From: an uncultured Candidatus Saccharibacteria bacterium
GTDB lineage: Bacteria > Patescibacteriota > Saccharimonadia > Saccharimonadales > UBA4665
Assembly: GCA_963820105.1 (NCBI GenBank)
Contig: CAWFYI010000003.1
Span: forward strand, 12,475 to 76,474
Direction: 5' to 3'
DNA: 64,000 nt
The notes beneath the pieces were generated by a model, which did no database searches, was not told the origin of the DNA, and worked only from the letters and a program-made list of their open reading frames with translations. The position numbers and the translations under genes are program-made. Positions 27,165 to 38,857 of the stretch are shown here, piece after piece. Numbering within the stretch: the stretch's first letter is position 1; each line of letters starts with the position of its first letter.

Positions 27165-28286
27165 ATGATTATTGTTATTTATGGCACGACAGGCGAACTT
27201 ATAAAACTTTTGCCTCTGCTCAAGTCTACAGACCCCCGGTCTTACCTCACAATTTGCACCTACCAACAGCCAGAACAACTAAAGGAACTTTTTAAATCCA
27301 CCGGCTTGCCGGCGCCCGATATCAAGATAGGGCAATCCGAAGACGCATCTGACTTAAAAAAATTCAGCTCAATTCCACTATGGTTTTTGCGCGTATGGAT
27401 CGGGTTTTTTAAAAACAGGCGGGCAATTAAGAAAGCAGTAACAGCCGACAGTAAGCACAAAAGTCTGGTTGTGGTGCACGGCGATACTTTCACGACCTTG
27501 TCCGGCTCCATCATGGGCAAACTACTGCGACTGCCGGTAGCTCATGTAGAGGCCGGCTTGCGTAGCCACAATTGGCGCCACCCGTTTCCGGAAGAAATAA
27601 ATCGCATTTGTACCTCTAAAATCGCCCGGCTTCATTTCGCGCCTGGAGACAAACCGGTGGAGAACCTGCGTCGCGAGCATACAAAGGGTCGGATAGTGAA
27701 TACTCGGTACAACACGGTGCTGGACAGTTTAAGATTAGCCAACGATGCCGACAGCGATGCCGAACGCGGACTGCCGAGCAGGTATTGCCTGGTATCCATA
27801 CACCGCAATGAGCTCCTGGCCCAGCCCAAAGAGGTTAAGCAAATATTATCTCGGATACGCACTTTCGCTGACATCATACCCATAGTCTTTGTAGATCACC
27901 CCATTACCAAAGAACGTATACACAGCCTGAGCTTTGACGATATATTAAAATCCGAAAAAATTGTCCGCCTGCCCAAACAAAACTACTTCGACTTCATACG
28001 ACTGCTCGCCAAGGCTGACTGCGTCATAACGGACAGCGGCGGCTTGCAAGAGGAAGCGGCTTACTTGGGCACGCCGTGCCTGGTTCATCGTAAAGCTACC
28101 GAACGCAACGAAGGCCTGGATGCCAACGTGGTTCTTTCGAAGTATGATCCTAAAAGGGTCGAAGCCTTCTGCGCTGGCTATGAAAGTTACAGGAGAAAGG
28201 CTATAGCCGGCAGCATAAGCCCCACCAAAACCGTACTTTCTGAGCTGGAGCGCTTAGGCTATTTGGATTTTTTGGCTACTATGTAG
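27165..28286 (+). CDS. wecB: UDP-N-acetylglucosamine 2-epimerase (non-hydrolysing type)
   Basis: Motifs are VVVHGDTFTTL, VAHVEAGLRSHNWRHPFPEEINR and VITDSGGLQEEAAYLGTPCLV. Confidence 0.85.
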   Translation: MIIVIYGTTGELIKLLPLLKSTDPRSYLTICTYQQPEQLKELFKSTGLPAPDIKIGQSEDASDLKKFSSIPLWFLRVWIGFFKNRRAIKKAVTADSKHKSLVVVHGDTFTTLSGSIMGKLLRLPVAHVEAGLRSHNWRHPFPEEINRICTSKIARLHFAPGDKPVENLRREHTKGRIVNTRYNTVLDSLRLANDADSDAERGLPSRYCLVSIHRNELLAQPKEVKQILSRIRTFADIIPIVFVDHPITKERIHSLSFDDILKSEKIVRLPKQNYFDFIRLLAKADCVITDSGGLQEEAAYLGTPCLVHRKATERNEGLDANVVLSKYDPKRVEAFCAGYESYRRKAIAGSISPTKTVLSELERLGYLDFLATM

Positions 28287-29206
28287 AGCGGACGATTCTG
28301 GGTTTCGTTATGAATACTTTCTGTGTAGAGCGCTAGCAGCCACTGGCAAATCAGCACTAATCCCACTAGAAAGCTCAGGAAGAGCGCCAATATAGCAGTG
28401 CCTGTTATATTTAGATCTAAAGGATCGTTGAACACGTAGTTTTCCAAGAACAAAAATATACCGAGGCAGGCCGACACAATGGTTACGATGAAGCCCAGAA
28501 AGCCGGTGATTTGCAACGGTTTGGTCGATTGCGAGGTAAATGAATGCAGTGCAAGCCTGACCAGCTTTCTAAAATTGTAAGCGGGTTGACCGCTGTGGCG
28601 CTCCGGTGACACAAACCCCACATAAGCCCTTTTAAAGCCTAGCCAATCAATAAGGCCGCGCGTAATCCGACTGCGCTCAGTAAGTTTGTTGAACTCTTCA
28701 ACCACCTTGCGGTCCATAAGCCTGAAGTCAGTAGCGCCCGCAATCGTATCGCCGCTCAAGAAATTCAGGGCTACATAATGCAGCTTGGACCCGTAGCGTT
28801 TTACAAGGCCTTCTTTTTTGTTTTGCTTACGTACGCCCACTACCACGTCAAAACCCTTGCGCCATTCGGCCAAAAAATCCTTTATTACTCCGACGGGATG
28901 TTGCCCGTCGGCATCCATGATGACAACCGCGTCCCCCTTGGCTTGGGCCAAGCCGGCGCTGGTGGCCGCTTCCTTGCCAAAGTTACGAGACAGGCTTATA
29001 TAGTGGACATAAGCATCTTTGGCGACCAGGGACTCTATAATCTTCAAGGAATCGTCATAGCTGCCGTCGTCCACAAAAATAATTTCATAACGAGCAGCAT
29101 TGTGATTTTCGAAAAATTCCTTGATCTTGGAATACAGCCATTCAAGGTTGCTATCTTCGTTATGTACGGGTATGACCAGACTGATCAAGGGCTTTTTAGG
29201 GCGCAT
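28259..29206 (-). CDS. GT2 polyprenyl-phosphate glycosyltransferase (GtrB/CsbB/ArnC architecture)
   Basis: Motifs are SLVIPVHNEDSNL, IFVDDGSYDDS and VIMDADGQHP, plus two C-terminal TM helices. Its 3' end overlaps the wecB 3' end by 28 nt (convergent). Confidence 0.8.
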   Translation of the reverse strand: MRPKKPLISLVIPVHNEDSNLEWLYSKIKEFFENHNAARYEIIFVDDGSYDDSLKIIESLVAKDAYVHYISLSRNFGKEAATSAGLAQAKGDAVVIMDADGQHPVGVIKDFLAEWRKGFDVVVGVRKQNKKEGLVKRYGSKLHYVALNFLSGDTIAGATDFRLMDRKVVEEFNKLTERSRITRGLIDWLGFKRAYVGFVSPERHSGQPAYNFRKLVRLALHSFTSQSTKPLQITGFLGFIVTIVSACLGIFLFLENYVFNDPLDLNITGTAILALFLSFLVGLVLICQWLLALYTESIHNETQNRPLYIVAKKSK

Positions 29207-29247
29207 ATACTAACCTCTTCCTCATGACATGATAGTACATTTCTTAT

Positions 29248-30312
29248 ATGATAGGTAAGATAATGCCCAAAAAACCGACTTCTTTCAACCAGTCGCCGGC
29301 CAGTTTGTCCGTTGTGATTCCTGCTTATAACGCAGCCGCGTGGTTGCCGCTTTCAGTGCCCAAAATCGCCAAAGCAATCAAGGTTGCAGGGATCAGCAAG
29401 GCCGAAATCATTGTGGTTGACGATGGGTCTACTGATGACACTTCCGCGGCGGCCCACTCGCTGAAGCTGGACTACCCTGTGAAGGTAATTTCACAAAAAA
29501 ACGGCGGCCGGTTCCTGGCTCGTTGTGCAGGAGCGGACGCCGCACGTTACGAGTACATACTTTTCATAGACACCAGAGTTTTCATAAACAAGAATTCCCT
29601 TCGCTACATCGCGGAGCAAATGAAATCCAAGCCGGAAGCCTCGGTCTGGAGTAGCCACGTAATAATAGACAAGAGCGGCAATCCTTATGCCAGATTCTGG
29701 GAGGCTGTCACATTCATTTCGTGGAGAAAATATTTCGCTCACCCCCGCGACTGCTCATATGGTATTGCCGAATTTGATCACTATCCAAAGGGCACCACGT
29801 GTTTCTTCGCCCCAAAAAAAATTATCCTTGAGGCTAACGAGTGGTTCAAGCAAAATACGCGCGGCGCCAAAGCCTCCAATGACGATACCCTGCTTATAAG
29901 ACACATAGCCGAGAAGAATCGCATAAACTTGAGCCCGAATTTCTCGTGCACCTACCATGCCCGCTCGGGATTGAACCAATTTTCCAAACACGCTTATCAT
30001 CGAGGTAAAGTCTTCGTGGACGGTTTCCTGCGCCGAGACGGCAATCGGTTCTTTTGGCCGCTGGTGGCGTTTCTGGTGCTGTCGATCATCGTGCCCGTTT
30101 TCCTGATTATATGTACGCAATATATAGGCCCGGCGCTCTTGCTGCTGGCCGCCGCCTGGGCGCTTGAATTTTTAGTGGCTTTGGCTCTGCGGGTTCCGGG
30201 CAAGGATGCACTCAGCCTGTTCGTTCTTAGCCCGCTGTTCGCCGTGGTATACGGCCTAGGAATCTGGGTCGCCGTGTTTGACATCTACGTACGCCGGGCA
30301 CGCCCCGTTTGA
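29248..30312 (+). CDS. GT2 glycosyltransferase with C-terminal TM helices
   Basis: Motifs are SVVIPAYNAAAWL and IVVDDGSTDDT, with hydrophobic C-terminal helices (FWPLVAFLVLSIIVPVFLII...). Confidence 0.75.
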   Translation: MIGKIMPKKPTSFNQSPASLSVVIPAYNAAAWLPLSVPKIAKAIKVAGISKAEIIVVDDGSTDDTSAAAHSLKLDYPVKVISQKNGGRFLARCAGADAARYEYILFIDTRVFINKNSLRYIAEQMKSKPEASVWSSHVIIDKSGNPYARFWEAVTFISWRKYFAHPRDCSYGIAEFDHYPKGTTCFFAPKKIILEANEWFKQNTRGAKASNDDTLLIRHIAEKNRINLSPNFSCTYHARSGLNQFSKHAYHRGKVFVDGFLRRDGNRFFWPLVAFLVLSIIVPVFLIICTQYIGPALLLLAAAWALEFLVALALRVPGKDALSLFVLSPLFAVVYGLGIWVAVFDIYVRRARPV

Positions 30313-31547
30313 AAATAGGGCAATCTGGCCAACAGCCAATAAGCCGCGAAACCTAACAGCAGGGAAGCCCAAAGCAGTCTTATCATCTGGAGCGGCGTGT
30401 CAGCGAAAATTGGAGGCAGGGTAGTACAGCTCAACAGGCTAGAGCCAGCCAGAAGCGCCGCTTTGCGCTGTCTGGTAACCAGCAGATAAAAAGCGTAAAG
30501 GGCCAGAGCCACTAAGGTTAACTGGTACAGAGTTGCGAATATCAGCAGGTTGCCCTGTCCTCCGAAACTGTTTCCAAGCAGAATCTTGGTCAAATAGTTC
30601 CTTAGGACCAGCTCCACTACCACGGCGCCGAAAGTTATGGCTCCAAGTAATTTGTACGCCGTTCCCAAAACGCGCCGGTTAATCGAGGAATCGCCAATCC
30701 TGATTTCAGGCATAACTATCCATATCAGCAGGAAGCCCAGGAAGTAGAGAGCGTTACTTAGCACGCTGATCCCGCTATAAACTCCGGCTTCGCTCGGGCC
30801 GAACAGGATTTTCGCTAATGAGATATCGAAGTTCTGCAGAAAACTTAAAGCACCGACTACCAGTAAGCATTCCAGGAAGTATTTTCTCATATCAAACAGG
30901 AACCTTTTCTCCGCCGGGTCGCTTTTAGAGAAAACTGAAGCCAGACCGGGCAATTTTATACCCCCAGGCGTGAAGCGTACGACCAACAGCCCAACCAGAG
31001 TGCCAGCCAAAAGGCCCAGAAGGCCGCCAGCCGTACCTAAGGCCGCGGCCAATAGGGCGCCGAACACTAGTTTGCCTGCGCTAGCCGATACGTTGAAACT
31101 CCCGACCCTGATCATCTCTTTGTTGCCCTGCAAATAGCCGGTCCAAATGATGCTCGGCACGGACGTCAGCAAGATGAGGCCGAGGATTATGAAATAACCC
31201 GGGTTTTCGATTTTTAACAGATGATTCAGGTAAGGCGAGGCTATCAGGAACAGTACAGTCACAGCCAGGAAGAACAGTATCAGGTTTTTCTGTATGATCT
31301 GGGCGTGGCTTCGGGCCTTTTCCTCGGACTGTGATTTTACAAGGTATATAGAGATGACATTGAATGCCAACAAAAGGCCCAGCAACTGATTGGAAAATGC
31401 TACGATAACGGCGAAATCACCGAACTGCTCGGTAGTTAGGATGCGCGCCAGTACAGGGTATAAGGCGTAGGCTAACAAAGCGCCCGCCAAGGACAAACCG
31501 GTGAACAAACCGGAACGAACATAAAAATTGGGCAACTTGGCTCGCAT
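30285..31547 (-). CDS. wzx: Polysaccharide flippase (Wzx/MOP superfamily)
   Basis: 420 aa with about 12 TM helices and no soluble domain. The N-terminus LFTGLSLAGALLAYALYPVLARILTTEQFGDF is typical of oligosaccharide flippases. It shows a 28-nt convergent overlap with the GT2 gene. Confidence 0.7.
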   Translation of the reverse strand: MRAKLPNFYVRSGLFTGLSLAGALLAYALYPVLARILTTEQFGDFAVIVAFSNQLLGLLLAFNVISIYLVKSQSEEKARSHAQIIQKNLILFFLAVTVLFLIASPYLNHLLKIENPGYFIILGLILLTSVPSIIWTGYLQGNKEMIRVGSFNVSASAGKLVFGALLAAALGTAGGLLGLLAGTLVGLLVVRFTPGGIKLPGLASVFSKSDPAEKRFLFDMRKYFLECLLVVGALSFLQNFDISLAKILFGPSEAGVYSGISVLSNALYFLGFLLIWIVMPEIRIGDSSINRRVLGTAYKLLGAITFGAVVVELVLRNYLTKILLGNSFGGQGNLLIFATLYQLTLVALALYAFYLLVTRQRKAALLAGSSLLSCTTLPPIFADTPLQMIRLLWASLLLGFAAYWLLARLPYFQTGRARRT

Positions 31548-31632
31548 CAGCTATCAATAATAGTTGAGATTAGCCACTGAGCCAAGCTGGAGCCAGTGTG
31601 CCAGCCTGCTTCAAGTAAGCTACAATACGGTG

Positions 31633-32775
31633 ATGAAGATTAAGGAATCAACCTTCACAATTGTCACGAACGGCTTCGCGGACGGTCCGGCGCAACCCCT
31701 ACGGGACTATTTGCTGGAGCATAAAGCCAAACAGCTTATCATGGTTAACCACCCACTGGTGGCGGAGGGCGGCAACAAGCACATCATTACCATATATGAA
31801 CATGGGAAAATGAAAAGCCAGAAAAGTTACCGTCTGCCCAACAAGCCGCCCTATACCTTCGCGTTCGACCCCTTCGTGCCGCTAAAACTGCCTGCGACCA
31901 CGGCCTGGTTCGGGTTTAACAACCTGGCCGCCCAGCGGGGCCTGCGCCGCAAACAGCGCGGGAAAGCGCAAAAAGTATATTACTGGGCGGTTGATTTCGT
32001 GCCGAATCGGTTTGGCAATAATATACTCACCAAGGTCTATAACAATGTAGACAAAAAGGTCAGTCTAAATGCCGATGCGCGCATTGAACTGTCCGAAGCC
32101 GCGCTTAACGGGCGGACAAAATACCTGCGACTAAACGAAAAAGATATAGCTCTGGGCATTGTGGCGCCGATGGGCACTTGGCTGGACCGTACCCCCAAAG
32201 CCGGGCCGGAGGCCTGGCGGCGTAAAAAAGTCGTTTACCTGGGCCATCTTGTAGAACGCCAAGGAGTAGCGACGCTCATCCGCGCCCTGAAGCTGGTTAT
32301 AAAAAAAGATCCCGACGTAACAGCCGAAATTATCGGCGACGGACCGGAAGCCGAAGCTTTAAGAAAGCTGGCCAAAGAACTTGGCATAGCTAAACAAGTT
32401 ACGTTCCACGGTTTTGTTAAAGACCACAAAGATGTTGAGTCCATACTGGCCAGGGGAACAGTGGCGGCCGCGCCGTACGTCAAGGACGAAACCAATTTTA
32501 CTCAGTTCGCGGACCCCGGCAAGCTCAAAGCCTATCTGGGTGCGAACCTGCCCATCGTGCTTACAGATGTACCGCCAAATGCTCGCGACCTGGAGCGCGC
32601 CGGGCCGGCAGTTGTCGTTAAAGACAGTCCGGAAGCTGTGGCTGAAGGCCTGGAAAGCCTGCTGTCCGATAAAAAAGCCTGGCTGAAAGCCCACGCCGCA
32701 GCCGTTAAACTGGCCAATGAATTTGACTGGAGCAATATCTTAAAAACTACTCTCAAAAAACTAGGCTTTGAATAA
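31633..32775 (+). CDS. Glycosyltransferase, GT-B fold (family 4-like)
   Basis: The C-terminal half has VVYLGHLVERQGV...IIGDGPEAEALRKLAKELG...AAAPYVKDE...GKLKAYLGANLPIV. The preferred ATG is at 31633 (MKIKESTF); the ORF-track TTG at 31564 leaves almost no divergent promoter space. Confidence 0.7.
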   Translation: MKIKESTFTIVTNGFADGPAQPLRDYLLEHKAKQLIMVNHPLVAEGGNKHIITIYEHGKMKSQKSYRLPNKPPYTFAFDPFVPLKLPATTAWFGFNNLAAQRGLRRKQRGKAQKVYYWAVDFVPNRFGNNILTKVYNNVDKKVSLNADARIELSEAALNGRTKYLRLNEKDIALGIVAPMGTWLDRTPKAGPEAWRRKKVVYLGHLVERQGVATLIRALKLVIKKDPDVTAEIIGDGPEAEALRKLAKELGIAKQVTFHGFVKDHKDVESILARGTVAAAPYVKDETNFTQFADPGKLKAYLGANLPIVLTDVPPNARDLERAGPAVVVKDSPEAVAEGLESLLSDKKAWLKAHAAAVKLANEFDWSNILKTTLKKLGFE

Positions 32776-34418
<1,643 letters not shown>

Positions 34419-34480
34419 TTAAGACTGGGCTCAAGCCACCGCTGTACCCACTATCTGGATTAATTTGTTAATATATCAGG

Positions 34481-35815
34481 ATGAAGATTGCGGTTGTAGG
34501 AACAGGCTATGTCGGTTTGGTGACCGGAACCTGCTTCGCCGAAGCGGGTAATGACGTGATTTGCGTGGATATCGACGAAGCGAAGGTCGCCAAAATGAAA
34601 AGAGGCGAAGTGCCGATTTATGAGCCTGGCTTAGACACGATTTTCGCGCGCAACATCACGGAGGATAGACTGGCTTTCACCACTAACCTAGCTGAGGCTG
34701 TCAAGAAGGCGGAAGTGATATTCCTGGCCTTACCGACACCGCCGAACGATGATGGCTCGGCGGATCTTTCTTACGTAATGGGCGTGGCCGGCCAGCTTGG
34801 CAAGCTGCTGGACCATTACTGCGTCGTCGTAGACAAAAGTACCGTGCCCGTAGGTACGGCCGACAAAGTCGTCGAAGCCATAAATGCCAACGCCAACGCC
34901 AAGATAGATGTTGTTTCAAACCCGGAGTTCCTGCGCGAAGGCTTCGCCGTGAACGACTTTATGAAGCCCGACCGCGTTGTGATCGGTACCGCCTCGGCCA
35001 AGGCGCGCGCTGTCATGAAGAAGCTTTATGATTCGTTCGTTAATGATCCTAGCCAAATAATATTCATGGACGAACGGTCGGCTGAAATGACCAAGTACGC
35101 AGCTAACTCGTTCCTGGCTACCAAGATAAGCTTCATGAACGAAATAGCGAATCTTTGTGAGCGCGTGGGAGCTAATGTAGATGCTGTTCGCTTAGGCATA
35201 GGTGCCGATGACCGTATCGGCAGGAAATTTCTGTTCGCTGGCATCGGCTATGGCGGCAGCTGTTTCCCGAAGGATGTCGTCGCCTTGCACAATATCGCCC
35301 TGGAAAACGACTATGATTTCAAAATCATGCAGGCTGTGGGTGAGGTTAACAAAAGCCAGAAATTGACATTGACTAATAAGATCAAGACCTACTACGACGG
35401 CAAACTGAAGGACAAAAGATTTGCGCTGTGGGGGCTGGCCTTCAAGCCCGATACGGACGACATACGCGAAGCCCCGGCGCTGACCATCATCGACCAACTG
35501 GTGAAGGATGGGGCGTCTATCGTAGCTTACGACCCCGAAGCTACTGAAAACGTACGCAGACTTTACGGCGGCGCTAAGTCACTAAGCTTCGCTAAAGATA
35601 TGTATGAAGCCCTGGATGGCGCCGACAGCTTGCTTATAGCTACCGAATGGTCGGAGTTCCACTCACCTGATTTTGGGAAAATGAAACGCCTGCTCAAGAC
35701 TCCGGTCATATTCGATGGCCGCAATGTTTACGAACCTGAGGAAATGAACAAACTTGGTTTTTATTATGAGAGCGTAGGAAGGGCCGCAGTATCCGGCAAA
35801 GGCGGCAAGAAATGA
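34481..35815 (+). CDS. ugd: UDP-glucose 6-dehydrogenase
   Basis: Motifs are [43 protein letters not shown] and [17 protein letters not shown]. Confidence 0.93.
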   Translation: MKIAVVGTGYVGLVTGTCFAEAGNDVICVDIDEAKVAKMKRGEVPIYEPGLDTIFARNITEDRLAFTTNLAEAVKKAEVIFLALPTPPNDDGSADLSYVMGVAGQLGKLLDHYCVVVDKSTVPVGTADKVVEAINANANAKIDVVSNPEFLREGFAVNDFMKPDRVVIGTASAKARAVMKKLYDSFVNDPSQIIFMDERSAEMTKYAANSFLATKISFMNEIANLCERVGANVDAVRLGIGADDRIGRKFLFAGIGYGGSCFPKDVVALHNIALENDYDFKIMQAVGEVNKSQKLTLTNKIKTYYDGKLKDKRFALWGLAFKPDTDDIREAPALTIIDQLVKDGASIVAYDPEATENVRRLYGGAKSLSFAKDMYEALDGADSLLIATEWSEFHSPDFGKMKRLLKTPVIFDGRNVYEPEEMNKLGFYYESVGRAAVSGKGGKK

Positions 35816-36753
35816 GCCGGATCCTGGTGACCGGCGGGGCGGGTTTCATCGGCTCCCATCTTTGCAAGCGCCTGCTGACCGACGGACACCAAGTAATCTG
35901 TGCAGATAATTTTTTTACCGGTAGCAAGCGAAACATCCAAGACCTGGAAAACAACAAGGATTTTGAGTTGCTCCAGCATGATGTGACCGAGCCGTTGAAT
36001 ATAAAAGTCGACTTTATATACAACTTAGCTTGTCCCGCCTCGCCGCCGCGTTACCAGTTCGACCCAGTTAAGACCATCAAAACCAGCGTACTTGGTGCCA
36101 TTAATATGTTGGAACTGGCTAAGAAATTAAATGTGCGCGTGTTTCAAGCCTCGACCAGTGAAGTCTACGGAGATCCTGAAGTCCACCCCCAGCCTGAAAG
36201 CTACTGGGGTAGAGTAAACCCCATCGGTATCCGTTCGTGCTACGATGAAGGCAAGCGTTGTGCCGAGACACTGTTCTTTGATTATCATCGGCAGGACAAG
36301 GTCGACATCCGGGTCGTGCGCATCTTCAATACCTACGGACCCAACATGGATCCAGGCGACGGCCGCGTAGTTTCCAACTTTATCGTGCAAGCCGTGCAGG
36401 ATAAGGACATAACCGTTTATGGTGACGGCTCACAGACCCGTAGCTTTCAGTACATCGATGACCTAATCGAAGGCATGGTCAGGATGATGGATAACAGGGA
36501 CGACTTTACTGGACCGGTCAACCTCGGCAATCCGGACGAGTTCACTATAAAACAGCTGGCCGAAGAGGTGCTCAAACTCATTCCCGGCAGTAAAAGCAAG
36601 ATCGTATATGAAGATCTGCCACAGGATGACCCCAGACAGCGCCAGCCGGATATAACGCTGGCGAAAAAGAAACTCGGTTGGCAGCCGGAAGTCGTTTTAG
36701 AAGATGGGTTGGTCGAAACTATCGGATACTTCAAGAAGCTATTGAAGGTATAA
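35812..36753 (+). CDS. uxs: UDP-glucuronate decarboxylase (UDP-xylose synthase)
   Basis: Motifs are [52 protein letters not shown] and RIFNTYGP. The start forms an ATGA overlap with the ugd stop. Confidence 0.9.
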   Translation: MSRILVTGGAGFIGSHLCKRLLTDGHQVICADNFFTGSKRNIQDLENNKDFELLQHDVTEPLNIKVDFIYNLACPASPPRYQFDPVKTIKTSVLGAINMLELAKKLNVRVFQASTSEVYGDPEVHPQPESYWGRVNPIGIRSCYDEGKRCAETLFFDYHRQDKVDIRVVRIFNTYGPNMDPGDGRVVSNFIVQAVQDKDITVYGDGSQTRSFQYIDDLIEGMVRMMDNRDDFTGPVNLGNPDEFTIKQLAEEVLKLIPGSKSKIVYEDLPQDDPRQRQPDITLAKKKLGWQPEVVLEDGLVETIGYFKKLLKV

Positions 36754-36756
36754 GAC

Positions 36757-38808
36757 ATGCGGGACCGTCTTTATAATTTCTTAAGAACGGCGCCCTTCGT
36801 GGTGCCGGCGGCTTTCGTGGGCTTTGGCGTGCCTGCTATGGCTCTGCTTCTGCTCGGCGCGTTCAAGACCTGGCTGGTCCTGCTGCTTGGGCTGGCAGGG
36901 GCGGCTTTGGCGTCCGTTGTAGCGGCCCGCCACAGCGCCGGGCTTAAACTGCCCGGGAGCGCGAGGGAACAGCGGCTCGTGGGCCTGGTCGTTCTATTGT
37001 TCCTGCTGGCGTGGACGGGGATTAACTTTAGGTACTCGGCGCAGGACATAATCGTTACCCGTGACCCTGCCATATATTCCGTTACCGGCGAATGGCTTAA
37101 GAATCACGATAACCTGGACATCAGGGCATCCGCTCCGCTAGTCCATGATCCGGGCGTGACGGCTGATTCGGCGGGCTTTGCTTCCTTGCCCGGGCATCCG
37201 GACAGGTTGTACGCGCAGGGCGTGCATCTGCTGCCCGCTTTGCTGGGCATGGCCGGCAGGCTGGGCGGTACGGCGTTCATGCTGCACATTAACGCCGTGA
37301 TAGGCGGCCTGGCACTGCTGGCTTTCTATGGCCTGGCAGCTTGCTTCGTGCGGCCGCGCTGGGCTTTGTTCGCGGTGGTGGCCCTGGGTCTCAGTCTGCC
37401 CATGATTTTCTTTTCGCGCGATACGTACAGCGAGCCGCTCGGTCTGTTGCTGACCATGGGCGCGCTGGCCCTGGTGTGGGCCGCGCAGACCAGGTCTTCG
37501 TCCAGAATCTGGCTCCTGGCCGGATTGGCCGCGGGCGCAGGCACTCTGGCAAGGGCAGATGCTTACTTGATAGTGGCCGCGTTGACGGCGTTCGCCATGA
37601 CCAGGCTTTGCTTCGCGGCCGCGAAGCAGCGCGGCCGGATAATCAAAGAGAGTCTATGGTTCGCACTGGGCATGGCCGCGACCACGTTGCTCGGTTGGCT
37701 GGACCTTACGATGCTATCGACCAATTATTACCATGACCTGAGACGGCAGATAATTAAGGAGCTCCTGCTTATTGTCTTGATAATAGCCGCCGGCATCGCG
37801 GTTACGGCGGTTTCCTGGAGAACCGATTTGCTCAAGAAACTAATACGCGGCACGCGCAAGTGGTATAAACCGCTCATCATTGCGGCCGCCGTCCTGCTCA
37901 GCATCTTTTTCCTGAGCCGTCCGCTGTGGTACGAGGGGCACGTGGTGGTGCCGAACGGTCTGATCGCTTCATTGCAGGCCGCCAAAGGCCATGCCGTGGA
38001 GCCTACCAGGAGCTACGCCGAGATGTCGGCCTATTGGGTTATATGGTACATCGGCCCGGTGCTCGCGCTGGCTGCTCTTATCGGCCTGACCATGTCCGCT
38101 TTGGATCTGACCGGCAAGCGGCCGCGGCAGACGTTATTGCCGCCGGTGCTGGTGGTGGCCGGCATCGCTTTCGTCTACCTGCTCAGCCCGGACGTCTCGC
38201 CTGATCAGGTCTGGGCTTCCAGAAGGTTCCTGCCGGTGGTTTTTCCCGGATTCTGTCTGTTCGCTGTCATAGCGACCGAACATTACTGGCGGCGCTATCT
38301 TGGCTCGTACAAGGCTGCAATACAGCTCACCGCCGCCGCCCTGCTGATGCTCGTAGTGCTTCTGCAGTCGTTTTACTATATTAAGCCCTCTTTGCGCGTC
38401 AAAGCTTACGCGTCGGAGGTAGAGCACATAAATAAGGTATGCGCGGCCTTGCCTGATCATGCCGCAGTATTCCTGACAGGCAGTGAAGCATTTAATATGG
38501 GCCAGACAATCAGAACTTTCTGCAAAGTGCCGGCAGTCAGGATTCTGTACGCGGACGCCACCAGCTTCCGTATGGAAGCACGTACGGCCGCCAACAATAA
38601 GCTTACCCCCATAGTTGTTACGGCAACCGGCGCCGACGGTAATGCCAGCAGCATACTGGCCGGCCAGCTTCACATGACCCTGGTAGACCGTGCTGAATAT
38701 CAGGAACTGTCGCGCAGACTTTATCATCCGCCCCGGCAGATGGCGCATCTGGCACAGACAGTCCTGGCGGGCCGCTTGCAGCCTGACGGCTCGGTGACGC
38801 CGTTATAG
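36757..38808 (+). CDS. Large polytopic membrane protein, GT-C-like (ArnT/PMT-type topology), putative glycosyltransferase
   Basis: 683 aa with about 12 or more TM helices, rich in Ala/Leu/Gly. The first loop is RYSAQDIIVTRDPAIYSVTGEW and the C-terminal domain is soluble. It starts 4 nt after the uxs stop. It is visibly GC-richer than its neighbours. The function is inferred from topology and context. Confidence 0.5.
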   Translation: MRDRLYNFLRTAPFVVPAAFVGFGVPAMALLLLGAFKTWLVLLLGLAGAALASVVAARHSAGLKLPGSAREQRLVGLVVLLFLLAWTGINFRYSAQDIIVTRDPAIYSVTGEWLKNHDNLDIRASAPLVHDPGVTADSAGFASLPGHPDRLYAQGVHLLPALLGMAGRLGGTAFMLHINAVIGGLALLAFYGLAACFVRPRWALFAVVALGLSLPMIFFSRDTYSEPLGLLLTMGALALVWAAQTRSSSRIWLLAGLAAGAGTLARADAYLIVAALTAFAMTRLCFAAAKQRGRIIKESLWFALGMAATTLLGWLDLTMLSTNYYHDLRRQIIKELLLIVLIIAAGIAVTAVSWRTDLLKKLIRGTRKWYKPLIIAAAVLLSIFFLSRPLWYEGHVVVPNGLIASLQAAKGHAVEPTRSYAEMSAYWVIWYIGPVLALAALIGLTMSALDLTGKRPRQTLLPPVLVVAGIAFVYLLSPDVSPDQVWASRRFLPVVFPGFCLFAVIATEHYWRRYLGSYKAAIQLTAAALLMLVVLLQSFYYIKPSLRVKAYASEVEHINKVCAALPDHAAVFLTGSEAFNMGQTIRTFCKVPAVRILYADATSFRMEARTAANNKLTPIVVTATGADGNASSILAGQLHMTLVDRAEYQELSRRLYHPPRQMAHLAQTVLAGRLQPDGSVTPL

Positions 38809-38857
38809 GCCGCTCCAAGGTGGCAGATGGCGGCCGTTTTTGCTAATATAGGGCTAC

